The notes: generated from the letters alone by a model not told the origin. 64,000 nucleotides of DNA from Lepidodermella squamata (GCA_047495785.1 JBLDXI010000020.1:2914001-2978000); one strand, 5' to 3'; counted from the first letter of the stretch, positions 25,818-38,993 are shown. Translations and numbers: made by a program.

Positions 25818-27429
25818 ATTATAGGCGACTGTCAATTTTGATGAAAACGCAGCAGTTTCTCCTGCTTTTTCCTCATGGTGCACGAAAGATATGATCATGA
25901 AAGTATTGAATGGTGCAATCACTGTGAATATTTTAGGAACTACGATGGAAGACATTCATGGCCCAAAATACAAGGAAATTATTTTCCTTGTACGGGGATG
26001 GCTCTTGAAGAAATTCACGATTACGCGATGTCAAAAATGGAGGCTATTGGATTCTTTGAAATTTTTTTGTTCCAATACATATTTCTGGTACAATACGACA
26101 GAGCACTCGCGTTAGGATTGATACTGAATGAGACCGAGCGATTGTTAGCTGCTCGAAACATGACCTTGGCTGATTGGACAACAAGAACCTCGAATTTCAA
26201 GCGCAATAGCCAGGATATTATTGGAATAATGAAAGAAGCCATATACAATCTACGAAATGTCTCAGGCATGAAAGGTCAGTACTCATTTGATGCCGCAACT
26301 GCACAATCTTCGGGATCTGTGCCAATTGTTTTTCAAGAGATAATCGTTGTCAGAAACGAAACTACACGAAAATATAAATCAATGCAATCAACAATAGCCT
26401 ATTATAAGAGAGCAACGACCCGTATCCGCTCACTATTCTTTGGTCAAAGAAGCGATGGAAAACGCCGAATAATTTGCCCCCGAGAGATGCTCTCGAGATT
26501 TCTCAGCAGATTGTGCCTGTTTGGAGTAATGCTGTCAAATTAGCGTTAGGGTTACTTGTATCCATAGAAATTGTCACTCTGATTGTTGCCGCAAATCTAG
26601 CTGTCAGGAGAGCCCGGGTTCTATAAAATAGAGCCTCGGTGATGATGCTTACTCTGGGCCAGGTTACCTTTCTTTGTCATAATAACATATCGGCTATTGA
26701 AACCAAGGACAAAGTTGAAATAGGCAGGTTATGCCTGGTTTCAGTTGTTCTGGTTTGGGCCGGGTTTTCTTTAATTGTGACTTCTATTGCTCAATTAACG
26801 ATCGGATTCGCAAAAAGAATGTCGTCATTCCTGGTAATAAGTTTTGGATGGGTCAGTATTCAGGCTATTCTGATAACTGCGGGGGCGAATTCTACAGCTT
26901 TTGACGTGAAGGAGAAAATGCTGGCATTTGAGATCTCGCCAGAGGATGCTAGCTACGGTATTCAACCTTTTCGCCTGGAATGCCAGATCCTCGAAAGACT
27001 TCTGTTTGGCTCGGCCAATTCTTTGGTGCTAACGAGCTCTGCTTGGTATATTGCAACTTCTGCTGCTCACGAAACTTTCAACTTCTGTCATATATATCAG
27101 CCACTTTGCACGGGAGGCACTTGCGAAACGCCCGCTTCAAGATGAGATAGCTATCACTTTACGCCGCAATTTTGCTGCTTGGAGCAGCTTTCTTCATAGG
27201 ATCATTGAGGCCTAATGACTACCAGTACTTGGCACTGCTGATCTCATCCATCTCGTTACTGATCGGAGGTGGTTTGATTGATTTGCTGTTCTTTGAAGGT
27301 AAAATGACACCATAGCTATAAAACGTTCTTTGATAGTGCAATTTTTCAGCTATGATCATTGAAAGGCGAGATATTCAGTCCCGCAAAACTCGAACGACAA
27401 CGAGTACAATCACATTGCGGAACCACTAA
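25818..27429 (+). pseudogene. Class C GPCR pseudogene, R3 (5'-truncated)
   Basis: Homology starts mid-exon 2 (ATVNFDENA). Frameshifts at ~25980, ~26410 and ~27045; in-frame stops at 26624 and 27148. Last exon resembles R2. Confidence 0.85.
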
Positions 27430-28879
27430 ATTGCTTAACTCCCGCGCGCACGCTGATTGGTCAATATATCGTTACTATGTTTCCGGCATGAAACATTTCT
27501 ATCGTGCAATCCACTAATATAAACTAACAGAAAATAAAACGTATTAGAGACGAGTTGCATGTTGCATGGCTTCCAGAATCCACAATACGGCTGTAAGCCC
27601 CATGTTAATCTTGGTCAACTACTGCGGCAATAAATTGGATGGCTCGGACAGCCGAAGATTTCATGCCGGGTTGATACCTAATGTTAAACATGACTATAAA
27701 CATGTTCATCTTGTTATCAATAAAAATGACCGTAAACCGTTATCAAGGAAAATGTGTGGTTTGCCGATTTTTCTGCTAATCTCCGGACTTATTATTGGTT
27801 AAGCATTAGTTTCGTGTAGGCCCCGACAATAATTGCGCAATCAGAGTGTAAATGTGGACTTGTGAGCGAACGCCAAGTCGAAATTTGTGTAAATTTCAGT
27901 GCGACGCTCGCTAATGTCAAAAAGGAAGTGTTGACTATTCTGGCGGTTTTTATACCAAAGTAAGGGCCGAACGATTCTCCATCGAATAGATATAGGGTCC
28001 CAACGTGAACAAATAAATAGGAAAAAGGAAACAGTTTTACGCGCCTCTTGAGTTATATTAGAAGCGAGCGCACGCGTTCTCACCTGGCGCGCAAAATCTG
28101 AGTTACGCGTAAAAATATTTCCCATTAACTATTTCACGCGGGAACCCCATACGTATCAATGTCTGTATTATTTGTTGTTTAAAAACCGACGTGATATTTG
28201 CAAGTAATCCTTTAACATCTTCGCCTTCAATTCACTGAAAATCATGACCCAGAAAGCTAAGGCTTATTGCGACATGTGCACTGGTGAATTTTCCGTATTT
28301 TCTACCTATTCACAAAAAAGAGACAAGATTTTTGGATTCCAAGTAACAGCTCAGTTTTTCTTGAGAATTGTGAACTGAGCCTCTGCTAATGGGGGACCAC
28401 AAGCGAGCCAGTGGCTTCATTAAAACTGTTGAAAACATACCATGATATTACCGCTCCAATTGTCGAACCACTAAAACGTTGAACTTAGCGCACACGCTGA
28501 TTGGTCAATACATCAATCGAAAAACTCCATATGCATCCGAACACATCGGGATCAGTCCAAGTGCCAGCTACTCATTTCTCATTGGCGCAATATCTTGCTT
28601 TTACTGTCGAATTTCGAATGTCGAAATATTCTGGTTCTTTTTCCCAGTCGATTTGTTAAAAGTCGTTCAACCTGAAGCTCGTTGAAATACACGTTGAGTA
28701 TTTGAAGTGGTATGATTCCAGCCAGGCTAGGCCTGCCAGAGCGCAAACGAGCAAGTATCGGGCTCATGTTACAAGAACTAGTTACCAGATAATGCATGCA
28801 CAGTTGGCTTATAGACTTTGGCAAACAATTTATTTTATTGTATCAAATGAATTTGAGTAATTATGAACGCTGAAAGTTG

Positions 28880-29606
28880 CGTGCGCGGAGTACAACGGAC
28901 AGACCGGGCATGCTGGAGCAAGTTTGGGCACGTTCCAAGCTAGGTCCAAGCTACTGTGTAAAGATTCTTGCGCAAGAGCGCGACTACGTGTGCATGTAAA
29001 TTAGCCTATGTGCGCAATCGGCTACGTGCACAAAATCATAAATCACCGTATTTGCGTAATCGATTACGTCAGAGTTCCCCAAAAATAGTTTGTTTGCAAC
29101 CCAGGCGGCGATTAACGATCCTGGAGGTGCTAAGGATGGGTAAATCTAGCAACCACTCTATCCGTTTCCACCATAGATCACCTTTATCTATGGTTTCCAC
29201 CATCATTTTTCCTTGCCTTTTTCAATTTCACTCTCTTCATGCGTTTTTTCACACGCAGAATCAATTAAATATTTTTACATTTGAATGTTTGAAGGGGCCC
29301 TAGGGAACTCACGCGGGCTAATATCGAAATCAGTAAATCAACATTATTTTTTCGTTTCTCTTCGCCACGGTTGAACGTCGATCATAGGTATCCCATTTCC
29401 AACGGCCATATCCCATGATTCGAAGGGTGTCCACCGTGGCTTCTATTATTGCGCATTTTTACATTGTTATTCATTTAACCTACATGTTTAGGGGTATTCT
29501 GGTAAACCTATCGATCTGGCAGATAAGCTTTTTGTGACAATGAATCACGACTTTTAGATTGTTCAGCTTTTAGCCTCACAGTGCTTGGGTGTATTTTCAA
29601 TGAGCG
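28880..29606 (+). repeat. Copy 4 of the conserved element plus R4 upstream region, duplicated at ~34140-34816
   Basis: Near-collinear similarity with the R5 upstream region. Confidence 0.8.
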
Positions 29607-32131
29607 ATGTTGGTTGAATCGTTTGTAATAGTCAATATTCTCTTATCAAGCGTCGCAGTCGGAGATGATCAAGGCCCCGTGAAAAAGTGGAGCCTCCGAG
29701 ATCCAGTCCCAGAATTCGTGTCAGCCACAACCTACGACTCAACTAAAAATGGATCTAATATTGAGAAACGACCCATTATTACTTTGTCTTACCTCGCTGA
29801 ATATCGTATTCCACTCAATCCTGCTGGTCCGTTGGGTTACTTAGCTGCGTCGTTGGCATTGAAGCGGTTGAAAACTTTAGATAATTGGCTACCGAATTAC
29901 GATATTCAGTTTGAAATGCGAGACACAGGCGTAATTATTTTTCATGTCTAAATTCCATGAGTTAATTCATCTCTATTCCAGTGTTTAGATGCCCCGGCAG
30001 TAGCTCAATTTATCAATAGCTTGGAACAAAGCTATAACGGCGTAACCGATCGATTTCCACTTGTTGGAATCAATGACTGTGGAATGGATGCCGCACGTCT
30101 GTCTGCTCTTATGATCAAGAATTACAACATGATAGGGGTCACTCTGGCGCAGCAGCACATGGACTTGTTTTTCAATCGTAACATGTACCCGAATTTCTTT
30201 TCTCTAGGGGAGAGGGGAGACATCATTTGCATCGCTCTGGCCAGATTTATCAGGAGAATGGGCTGGAAAAGAGTATCGCTGCTCTCGGATACAAATAATT
30301 ACAGCTCGATGCTTGAACAAGGCTACGTCAAATGGTTCGAACAATTCGAGATCTCTCTTGTATACTTGGTTCGCTTCAGAGCTTACACTACTGACGAGTA
30401 TGAACTTGGGTCCAGTTTCACTGAGCTTGCATTGAGAAAGCCAAGAATTATTATTACGCAGAGTGGCAACACGGCGACATTGGCATGCTATCTTCATAAA
30501 TTTGGCTTTCTTAGGCCTAGCTATGTAATTATTATGGCCACAATCAATTTTGATGAGAACGCAGAAGTATCGCCTGCTCTCTCCTCATGGTGTTCGAAGG
30601 AAATGATCATGGAAGTATTGAATGGTGCAATCGCAGCAACGCTTTTTGGAACAACGATGACGGACATTTACGGCCCAAAATACAAGGAAACAACGGGTTT
30701 GACACTGGGAGAATTGCAGGATTACGCGAAATCGAGAGTAGATGAAACTGGGTTCTTCGTCACGTTTCCGATGCAGTACATTTTCCCGGGACACTACGAC
30801 AGAGCTCTCGCTATTGGATTTATACTGAACGAGACCGAGCGGCTGTTAGCCATTCGTAACATGACCTTGGCTGATTGGACCACGAGAACCGCCAATTTCA
30901 AGCGCAATAGCAGCGCCATTAACGAAATAATGAAAGAAGCTATATACAACACTCGGAATCTATCCGGCACGAAAGGGCAGTATTCATTTGATGCCGCAAC
31001 TGGGCAATCTGTTGGGTCCGTGCCAATACTTTTCCAAGAGTTCAATGTCACCAAAAATGTAACGACATTCAAATTTCAATTGATGCGATCGACAATAGCC
31101 TACTATAAAAGCAACGACCCAGAGCCCCTAACAGTTCTATGGTCGAAGATGCGATGGAAAACGCCGAATAATTTGCCGCCGAGAGATGCTCTCGAGATTT
31201 CTCAGCAGCTTGTGCCGGCTTTCAGTAATGCTGTCAAAATAGCATTACGAGCCCTTGTATCCATCGAAATTATAGTTCTGATTGATGCTTCAGTTCTAGT
31301 TGTGAAAAGAACTCGGGGTCTGCTGAATAGAGGGACGTTGTTGACATTGGCTTTCGGCCAACTGACTGTTCTTTCTCATATTTACGTTTCGACTATTGAT
31401 ACTAAAGACAGAGGTGAACTTGGTAAGATGTGTCTGGCAGCAGTTGTTCTTGTTTGGGGAGGATTTTCTATGATGGTGGCATCCATTGCTCAATTGATGA
31501 TAGGAATCGCAACCAGCTTAACTTCATTTTTACTGTTCAGTTTTGGATGGACAATTATACAAACTATCTTAATCACTGCGGGGGCGAATTCGACCGCGTT
31601 TGACGTTAAGGATAAGATGCTGCCATTTGAGATCTCGCCAGAGGATGCAAGCTATGGCATTCAACCTTATCGTCTGGAATGTCAGATTCTCGAAAGGCTT
31701 TTATCCAGCTCTGTCAATTCCATGCTGCTGACCTGCTCCGCTGGCATATTACAGCTTCTGCTTTTGCTAAAAGCTTCAGCATCTGTAGTTTCAGCAACTT
31801 TGCATGGGATACATCTGCAAAACGCCCGCCTCAAGTTGAGATCGCTGTTGTTATACGCGGCAATTCTGCTGCTTGGAGCTGCTTTCTTTATAGGATCATT
31901 GAGGCCTAATGACTATCAGTACTTGGCTTTGTTGACCTCATACCTCTCATTACTGATCGGAATTGGTTTGATCGCTTTGTTATTCTTCGAAGGTAAAATT
32001 ACTTTCTTTACTTCATATTATCCACTTTTCAAAAAATTTCAGCTTTGATAAAAGAACGGCGAGGGAACCAGTTACGGGAATCTCATCGAGCGACCCAGAG
32101 CTCAATCGTCATTGCGATACCAATTACTTGA
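29607..32131 (+). CDS. GABA-B-like class C GPCR, R4
   Basis: Intact 3-exon model; exon-2 ORF of 675 aa. Confidence 0.88.
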
Positions 32132-32199
32132 AACGCGATGCTCCACGACTGAATTGCTGCAGAAAGTAAAAACTGAGAATGGTAAGAGAGTCGACCTAT

Positions 32200-33030
32200 A
32201 CGTTCAGTTTTTTGAATTGTTCACATCGCATTCGTATCTGTTATTTTTCCAGTATTTTGCACTACGACTTGCACTTGATTGTTTAATTTCTTCATCGCTA
32301 AACTTCGGATGCAGCTGAATCTCGATGAAGCTCGACTTGTTGGAAACTCGAAAACGAAATGGAATATGGATTTTTCAGTCAACTGGAAATGACAAAGCTG
32401 TGAGCGAAAAGATTGTCTAAGACATGAATGCCGGTACGAACAAGAAGCCATTTACCTCTCTCATTTGGCAGGGCCGCTGATTAGCTCATGCGAGTATCTA
32501 GATCTGAATGAACCTTTGGCGACGGAAATTTCGAGATATACCGATAAAAAACCACCACTTCTTCTGCATGAGTCTTGGTTCCTTTTTCGTCTGTTAAGTT
32601 TCACGAAGAGTCCCCGCGACGTCTGAGGTCAGAACAAAAATCTGTAATGCAACATTCTGGCCTGCAATTTCCATCCTATTGTTACTGTCAATCTAGTCAC
32701 GATTGCCGCATTTACCGATTGTCGGTTTCTTGTCCAAGACTCGAAAGGTGCCGCCGCCTGAATTTTGAAAAAAGGTTACCCAAACATAGATGTTCAAAAT
32801 GGTGTATTGGTACTTCCGCAAAGCACCATTTTTCCGCGGTCTACCTCGGCCACGCTTGACTGGAGCTGGTACTGGTAACGTCTCCTTCTTTTCTTCTTTT
32901 CTTCGTTTTGAATTTCTTCAGTTGAAATTGTTTCAACAGTCTGAAGAACGCGAGCAATCGAGCGGGTTGAAGTTGAGGTATCTCGATAGGACTTGCCAAG
33001 GTATCGAAATTAAAAATTGAAATTTTAACT
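32200..33030 (-). pseudogene. Possible decayed coding fragment containing an AT-hook
   Basis: PVPAPVKRGRGRPRKNG on the minus strand at ~32875-32825 inside a coding-like but stop-interrupted stretch. Confidence 0.3.
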
Positions 33031-33976
33031 GAAATTGCGATGATGATGATGATGATGATTGATGTCAAGGCTTGCTTTATACACATCAAAGGCAGCATTT
33101 TAATTCTATTCCAATATCTTTCGTCACGCTTCAATGAATAATGAACATGTGCGCAAACACGTTGCGCGGATTATCCCTGTGCGGATTAGCCATGTGCGCA
33201 AATAACACGCGCGGAACTTTCTGTGCGGAAGTACCACCAAATCTTCAAAATCGATTATTATTTTTCGTCGGAAAATATGATACTTCCGATTGTTTCACAT
33301 TTCACGACAGGAACTAGGTGGAAAGATAAAGACAAAGGACAAATAGTTATTTTCTTTTGAGCACATCCTGAAAGCTAAGTCACCTGAACGAAAGAGATTT
33401 AAAAACGCACCTCCCATGTTAACGATAAAGTTATAATGAAATTGTACCGGTGCGAAGGAATATCTTCTGTAATAACGACGAGTTTTATGCAAATGCAAAA
33501 TTACTGTGCTTTAGAGCTATTCAGTCTTAGTTCAGACTCAATCTGTGAGCTGTAGTCCGTTGTGAATTTTTATTTGTCGAATATTTATTGGCAAGTGAAA
33601 AAAATAGGCCATCAATTTTTCAATTTGCGTAAGTTGAGACATTGAGTCTAATAGACAGGATGCGTTTTTGATCGTTCACCAGGGGAGATCCCCGAATAAA
33701 CTTCAAGCTTTCGGTTCGCCAAGGTTCGCTAAGGTGATGGGTCTCCAAGGTCGCCAAGAACACGACCATTGTATCGATCGACTTCTGAGAACACTCGCCA
33801 AAAGTACTTATATGTTGGACATTATTGGTGTCGGATGTCGGAGTTTTTTGGCAGCAGAATGTCTGAAATATCAGCTGCCAAGTTGTACGTATATAGGTTT
33901 ATTCCGGCAGAAAATTCTGAACTTTATTAACCTTTAAATCGATCGGAACGAAATACAGATTGAACCACTACTAACA

Positions 33977-34118
33977 ATGCTATTGCTAGTCCAGCTTCTT
34001 ATCTTCATTGCCGTAGTCGAAGCCAGTGATCCCCCGATGAAAAAATGGAGCTTAAGTGACCCTTCACCAGACTATGTCAAGTCTACGACCTATGACTCAA
34101 TGGAAAACGAATCAAGGG
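33977..34118 (+). pseudogene. Isolated 5' fragment of a sixth receptor copy
   Basis: MLLLVQLLIFIAVVEASDPPMKKWSLSDPSPDYVKSTTYDSMENES matches receptor exon 1, then breaks into the R5 upstream duplication. Confidence 0.75.
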
Positions 34119-34139
34119 TTAAAAAACTTTGAGGAATTA

Positions 34140-34816
34140 TGAACGCAAAACGCTGCGTACGCGGAGTACAACGGACAAACCGGGCATGCTTGAGCAAGTA
34201 TGGGCACGTTACAAGCTAAGAACCCGCCAGCTACTGTGGAAAGAATCTTGCGCAAGAGCGTGACTACGTGTGCATGTAAATTAGCCTATGTGCGTAATCC
34301 GCTACGTGCACATGATCGTAAATCAGCGTATCTGCGTAATCGATTACGTCAGATAGTTTTTTTGCAACCCAGACGTCGATTTACTATCCTGGAGGTGCTA
34401 AGGATGGGAAAATCTAGCAACCACTCCATCATCACCACCATCATTTTTCCTTGCCTTTTTGAATTGCATTCTCTTCACGCGTTTTTTCACACCCAGAATC
34501 AATTGAATATTTTTATATACGGGCTAATATCGAAAGCAGTAAATGAAAATTATTTGTTTGTTTCCCTTCGCCGCGAATGAACGTCGATTGGTATTCCATT
34601 TCCCATTTCCCTGTCTTGGGTCATATCCTATGATTCGAAGCGTACACCGTGGCTTCTATTACTGCGCATTTTCACATTTTCCATTTAATGTTTATTCCGG
34701 TAATCCAATCAGTCTTGCAGAAAACCATTTTGTGACAATGAATCACGAATTTTAGATTGTTCAGCTTTTAACTTCACAGTCGGAGTTTCGGTGTATTTTA
34801 ATATTTTCATTGAGCG
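34140..34816 (+). repeat. Copy 5 of the conserved element plus R5 upstream region
   Basis: Paralogous to 28880-29606. Confidence 0.8.
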
Positions 34817-37377
34817 ATGTTGGTTGAATCGCTTGTAATAGTCAATATTCTCTTATTAAGTGTCGCCGTCGGAGATGATCAAGGCCCCATGAAAAAGTGG
34901 AGCCTCCGAGACCCAGTCCCAGATTTCGTATCAACCACGACCTACGACTCAACTAAAAATGGATCCAATATTGAGAAACGACCCACTATTACTTTGTCCT
35001 TCCTCGCTGAGTATCGCAGTCCGATTTTTCAAATTGGCCCGATTGGTTACCTAGCAGCGTCATTTGCGTTGAAGCGGCTTAAAACGTTGGATAACTGGCT
35101 GCCAAATTATGATATTCAGCTGGAAATGCGAGACACAGGCGTAATTTTGATTCAATTTTGCAATCTATGCAAACTATCCATTCCTTTCCCTTTTCACAGT
35201 GTTTGGACGCATCAGCTGTGGCTCAGTTCGTCAATAGCTTGGAACAGAGTTTCAACGGCATAACCGATCGATTTCCACTTGTTGGAATCAATGATTGTGG
35301 AATGGATGCCACACGCCTGTCTGCTCTTATGATCAAGAATTACAACATGATAGGTATTACTCTGCTACAGCAGCATATGGACTTACTTTTCAATCGTAAA
35401 ATGTATCCTAATTTCTTTCCTCTTGGGGAGAGGGGTGACATTATTTGCATAGCTCTTGCGAAGTTTATCAGAAAAATGGGCTGGAAACGAGTTTCGTTGC
35501 TCTCGGATACAAATTCCTACAGCTCAATGCTCGAACAAGGCTACGTCAAATGGTTCGAACAATTCGAAATCTCTCTTGTATACTTGGTTCGCTTCAGAGC
35601 TTACACTACTGACGAGTATGAACTTGGGTCCAGTTTCACTGAGCTTGCATTGAGAAAACCAAGAATTATCATTACGCAGAGTGGCAACACGGCAACATTT
35701 GCGTGTTATCTCCATAAATTCGGCTTGATTGGGACTAGTTATGTTACTATTATGGCTACAAATATGTTTGATGTGAATGCAGAGGTTTCTCCTGTTCTCT
35801 CTTCATGGTGTTCGAAGGAAATGATAATGGAAGTATTGAATGGTGCAATCTCTGCACAGCAGTATGGCTCCACAATGGCTGACATTTACGGTCCTAATAC
35901 TAAGGAGATGACGGGCGCAAGTATTGGCGACATGGTTGATTACGCGAATTCAAAAGTGGAAGACGCAAATTTCTTTTCCATGTTCTTAATGCAATACGAC
36001 AGAGTTCTCGCCGTTGGGTTAATTTTAAATGAGACCGAGCGATTGCTAGCAAGTCGTAACATGACCTTAAGTGATTGGACCACAAGATCTGAAAACTTCA
36101 AGCGGAATGGCCGGGATATTGTTGGAATCATGAAAGAAGCTATCTACAGCATTCATAATATCTCAGGCATGAAAGGTCAGTACTCATTCGATGCCACAAC
36201 TGCACAATCTGTTGGATCCATGCCGATACTATTTGAGGAAATTCATGTAACTAAAAATAGTAATACAGGAAAATATATATCAATGCGGTCGACATTAGCC
36301 TATTATAAAAGCAACGACCCAGAGCCTCTAACAGTTCGGTGGTCGAATATGCGATGGAAAACGCCGAATAATTTGCCGCCGAGAGATGCTCTCGAGATCA
36401 CCCACCAGCTTTTGCCTGATTTGAGTAATGCTGTCAAAATAGCATTGCGAGTTCTTGTATCCATCGAAATTATCGCTCTGTTCGGCTCTTTAGTGTTATC
36501 CGCCAAAAATGCTCGGGGTCTGCTGAATAGAGGGACGTTGTTGACATTGGCTTTCGGCCAACTGACTGTTCTATGCCATATTTACGTTTCGACCATCGAA
36601 ACCAAAGACAAAGGTGAGCTTGGTAAGATGTGTCTGGCAGCAGTTGTTCTTGTTTGGGCGGGGTTTTCGTTGATAACGGTATCAATGTCTCAATTGATCT
36701 GCAGATTCGCCAACAGTCTTCAGTCTTTTTTGCTCTTCAGTTTCGGCTGGGCATGTCTTCAAGCTATTCTGATAACCCTGAGTGCGAATGCGACAGCGTT
36801 TGACATAAAGGAGAAGATTCTTCCTCTTGAGATATCGCCAGAGGATGCGAGCTACGGTATTCAACCTTATCGCTATGAATGCCAGATTCTCGAGCAGTTG
36901 TTGGCAGGGTCGATGACCTCGTTCGTTGCTAGCATTTTCGCCGGCACATCGCAACTCGCTCTCCTGATCAAAACATCAGCCACTGTAATTTCAGCAAATT
37001 TGCACGGTAGAACTTTGCGAAGCCCCCGCCTGAAATTCAGATCGCTTGTGCTATACGCAGCGATGTTGCTGTTGGGAGCAGCTTTCTTTATAGGATCCTT
37101 GAGGCCCAATGACTATCAGTACCTGGCTCTGTTGACCGCATTCCTCACATTATTGATCGGAAGTGGATTGATTGCCTTTCTCTTCTTTGAAGGTAAAAGC
37201 ACACCTTGTGAAATATTAAGATTTCATTTCAATTTTGTAGCTTTTGTGGGAGAGGTGCCGGAAATTTATTCACGGAAATCACGAGCACCGAAACTGAGCC
37301 ACGCGCCAATCAGCCCTGCGCCGCCAGCTACTGGAAACTCGTTTTACAGGAACCAAAATAGCCCGAAGCCCGAATGA
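34817..37377 (+). CDS. GABA-B-like class C GPCR, R5
   Basis: Intact. Carries a 6-aa deletion (MQYDR versus QYIFPVQYDR). Its second intron is in frame and stop-free. Confidence 0.88.
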
Positions 37378-37686
37378 GTCGAACGAAGTTTTTCTAGCGT
37401 TCAAACTTTCTCCAGCGGAACTTGCAATTCTTATAATTATTGATCTATTTAAGAGCCATAAATCCAGGTGATAAAAATCATTGGATAGCTCAGCTACTAT
37501 CACAGGTTTGAATGCCAATTATTCTCCCTATCATTGCTGATTGAATGTGATCACAGTCACTTGTATCAAGCTGTCTGTTGTTTAAAAACCGCAGGCCATA
37601 CGGTCTGAAAATAATATTTTCGAAAAAATACGTTTCATTATATAATATACGGAAGACAAGAAGGGTATAACCTGAATGGCTTCCGT

Positions 37687-38993
37687 ATATGTGTGTTATC
37701 CGTGTCGTATCGTAAAATTTTCAGGGTTACTAATATTTTATGGTACACTCTCACTGAATTTCTATTGCTATAATTTGAAATTAAAAAATCCAACTTGAAA
37801 AAAAACATGAATTTTGTTTCTTGCTCATTTTTTTCTCGCATTCTTCATTTTGCGAGTTTTTTGTTTGTTTTTCACATCGAATTTCCCGCATTTCTGGCAC
37901 GCCAAACAAATTGCTGGTGCTGAATCTTGAAATCGGGCTCTCGGTGGTTCTGCTCGATTGGCTTCGGATGGCTATCAATGCGACTGTCACGACGCCTTCG
38001 GTAACTCGGGTTGCAGAGCTGCTTCTAAATCGACGAAGAACACGATCGACGAAATCTTGAACGAATTAGCCGCAATTTGCCACGGTTTCAGCAAACGCCC
38101 AACAAGACTTGCTCGAATTCGTCTACTTTGCTCGATTCGCTGTGCCTTCTAGCTTTCTTTGTCACAAGCGATGCCGTGTTGCGATTTCTGAAATCCAATG
38201 CTGCCCGAGCTCTCTCTGATTTCACGGAAAGCTGGCCGATTGTTTCTTGATTTCCGCGACATGCTGGACGAATTCTGCCCAAATTTTGCCAATTTCTGGA
38301 CGTGTTCTGCCCGATTCACCCGAGCTCGTAGCTAAGTGCTGTTTGATTGCGGTGAATGCTGCCCGATTCGATGCCTGGCGTGTGCAATTTCTCCCAAAAT
38401 TATTCCACATTTTTCGTGATTCTTAATAAAATCGTTTTAGAGTGTTGCTTGAACTTTTTTGGGTTTCTCTTGTGTGTTTGACAAGTAGGGTTTATGATGA
38501 TATTTTCTGGACAAGCTGGCATTTTTTGATATAAAAATATCAAAAAAATCCCTGCTTGCATAGACAACACTGTAACAGATAGGAAACTAACGATCTTTCC
38601 ATAGTGAATTTATTCGAGCTGTTATTACAAAAAGGGCGGCACGCGACCACTTTTTATGCCACCCAACGCCCTATCCGCCCATTATAATTGTAATTAATTT
38701 CAAAAATTAAAAAAGCGGCTGGTACCTTTTTCGAAAATTTTGATTTTCTGCTCATTTTTAATTTTGAAATTAATTACAATTATAATGGGCGGATAGGGCG
38801 TTGGGTGGCATAAAAAGTGGTCGCGTGCCGCCCTTTTTGCAATAACAGCTCGAATAAATTCACTATGGAAAGATCGTTAGTTTCCTATCTGTTACAGTGT
38901 TGTCTATGCCTGCTTGGAAGAAGGTTTTATGAGTTTATAATTCGGCCATTAAGAAGGCATATTTTACGATACGATCCGGATAACTATACATAT
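37687..38993. mobile_element. Candidate old DNA transposon relic with ~32-bp TIRs, hosting a younger MITE
   Basis: ATATGTGTGTTATCCGTGTCGTATCGTAAAAT at 37687-37718 and ATTTTACGATACGATCCGGATAACTATACATAT at 38961-38993; GC-richer degenerate interior. Confidence 0.5.
38559..38908. mobile_element. Young 350-bp foldback MITE with 8-bp TSD (P/hAT-type)
   Basis: About 150-bp near-perfect inverted arms with CATAGAC...GTCTATG termini, flanked by the direct repeat CCTGCTTG at 38551-38558 and 38909-38916. Confidence 0.93.

Noticed and set aside
14010-34400. ~42-bp periodic repeats as a CRISPR array
   Set aside because: Only three degenerate units per copy, no unique spacers, no cas genes, and the context is intron-containing eukaryotic DNA.
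13937-34580. Similar short ORFs at 13937, 18626, 28968 and 34200 as a peptide family
   Set aside because: The similarity comes from the shared DNA repeat; starts, lengths and frames are not conserved.
35158-37377. 739-aa single-exon ORF as the true R5 protein
   Set aside because: It starts inside intron 1 and reads through intron 2; the paralogs define a 3-exon structure starting at 34817.
15555-37377. Receptors as receptor guanylyl cyclases or ionotropic glutamate receptors
   Set aside because: The flytrap domain is followed by seven TM helices and a short tail; there is no kinase-homology, cyclase or pore domain.
37900-38430. Myb/SANT-like ORF inside the TIR relic
   Set aside because: Only a faint RT..EI.K.W resemblance with multiple stops; not supportable.
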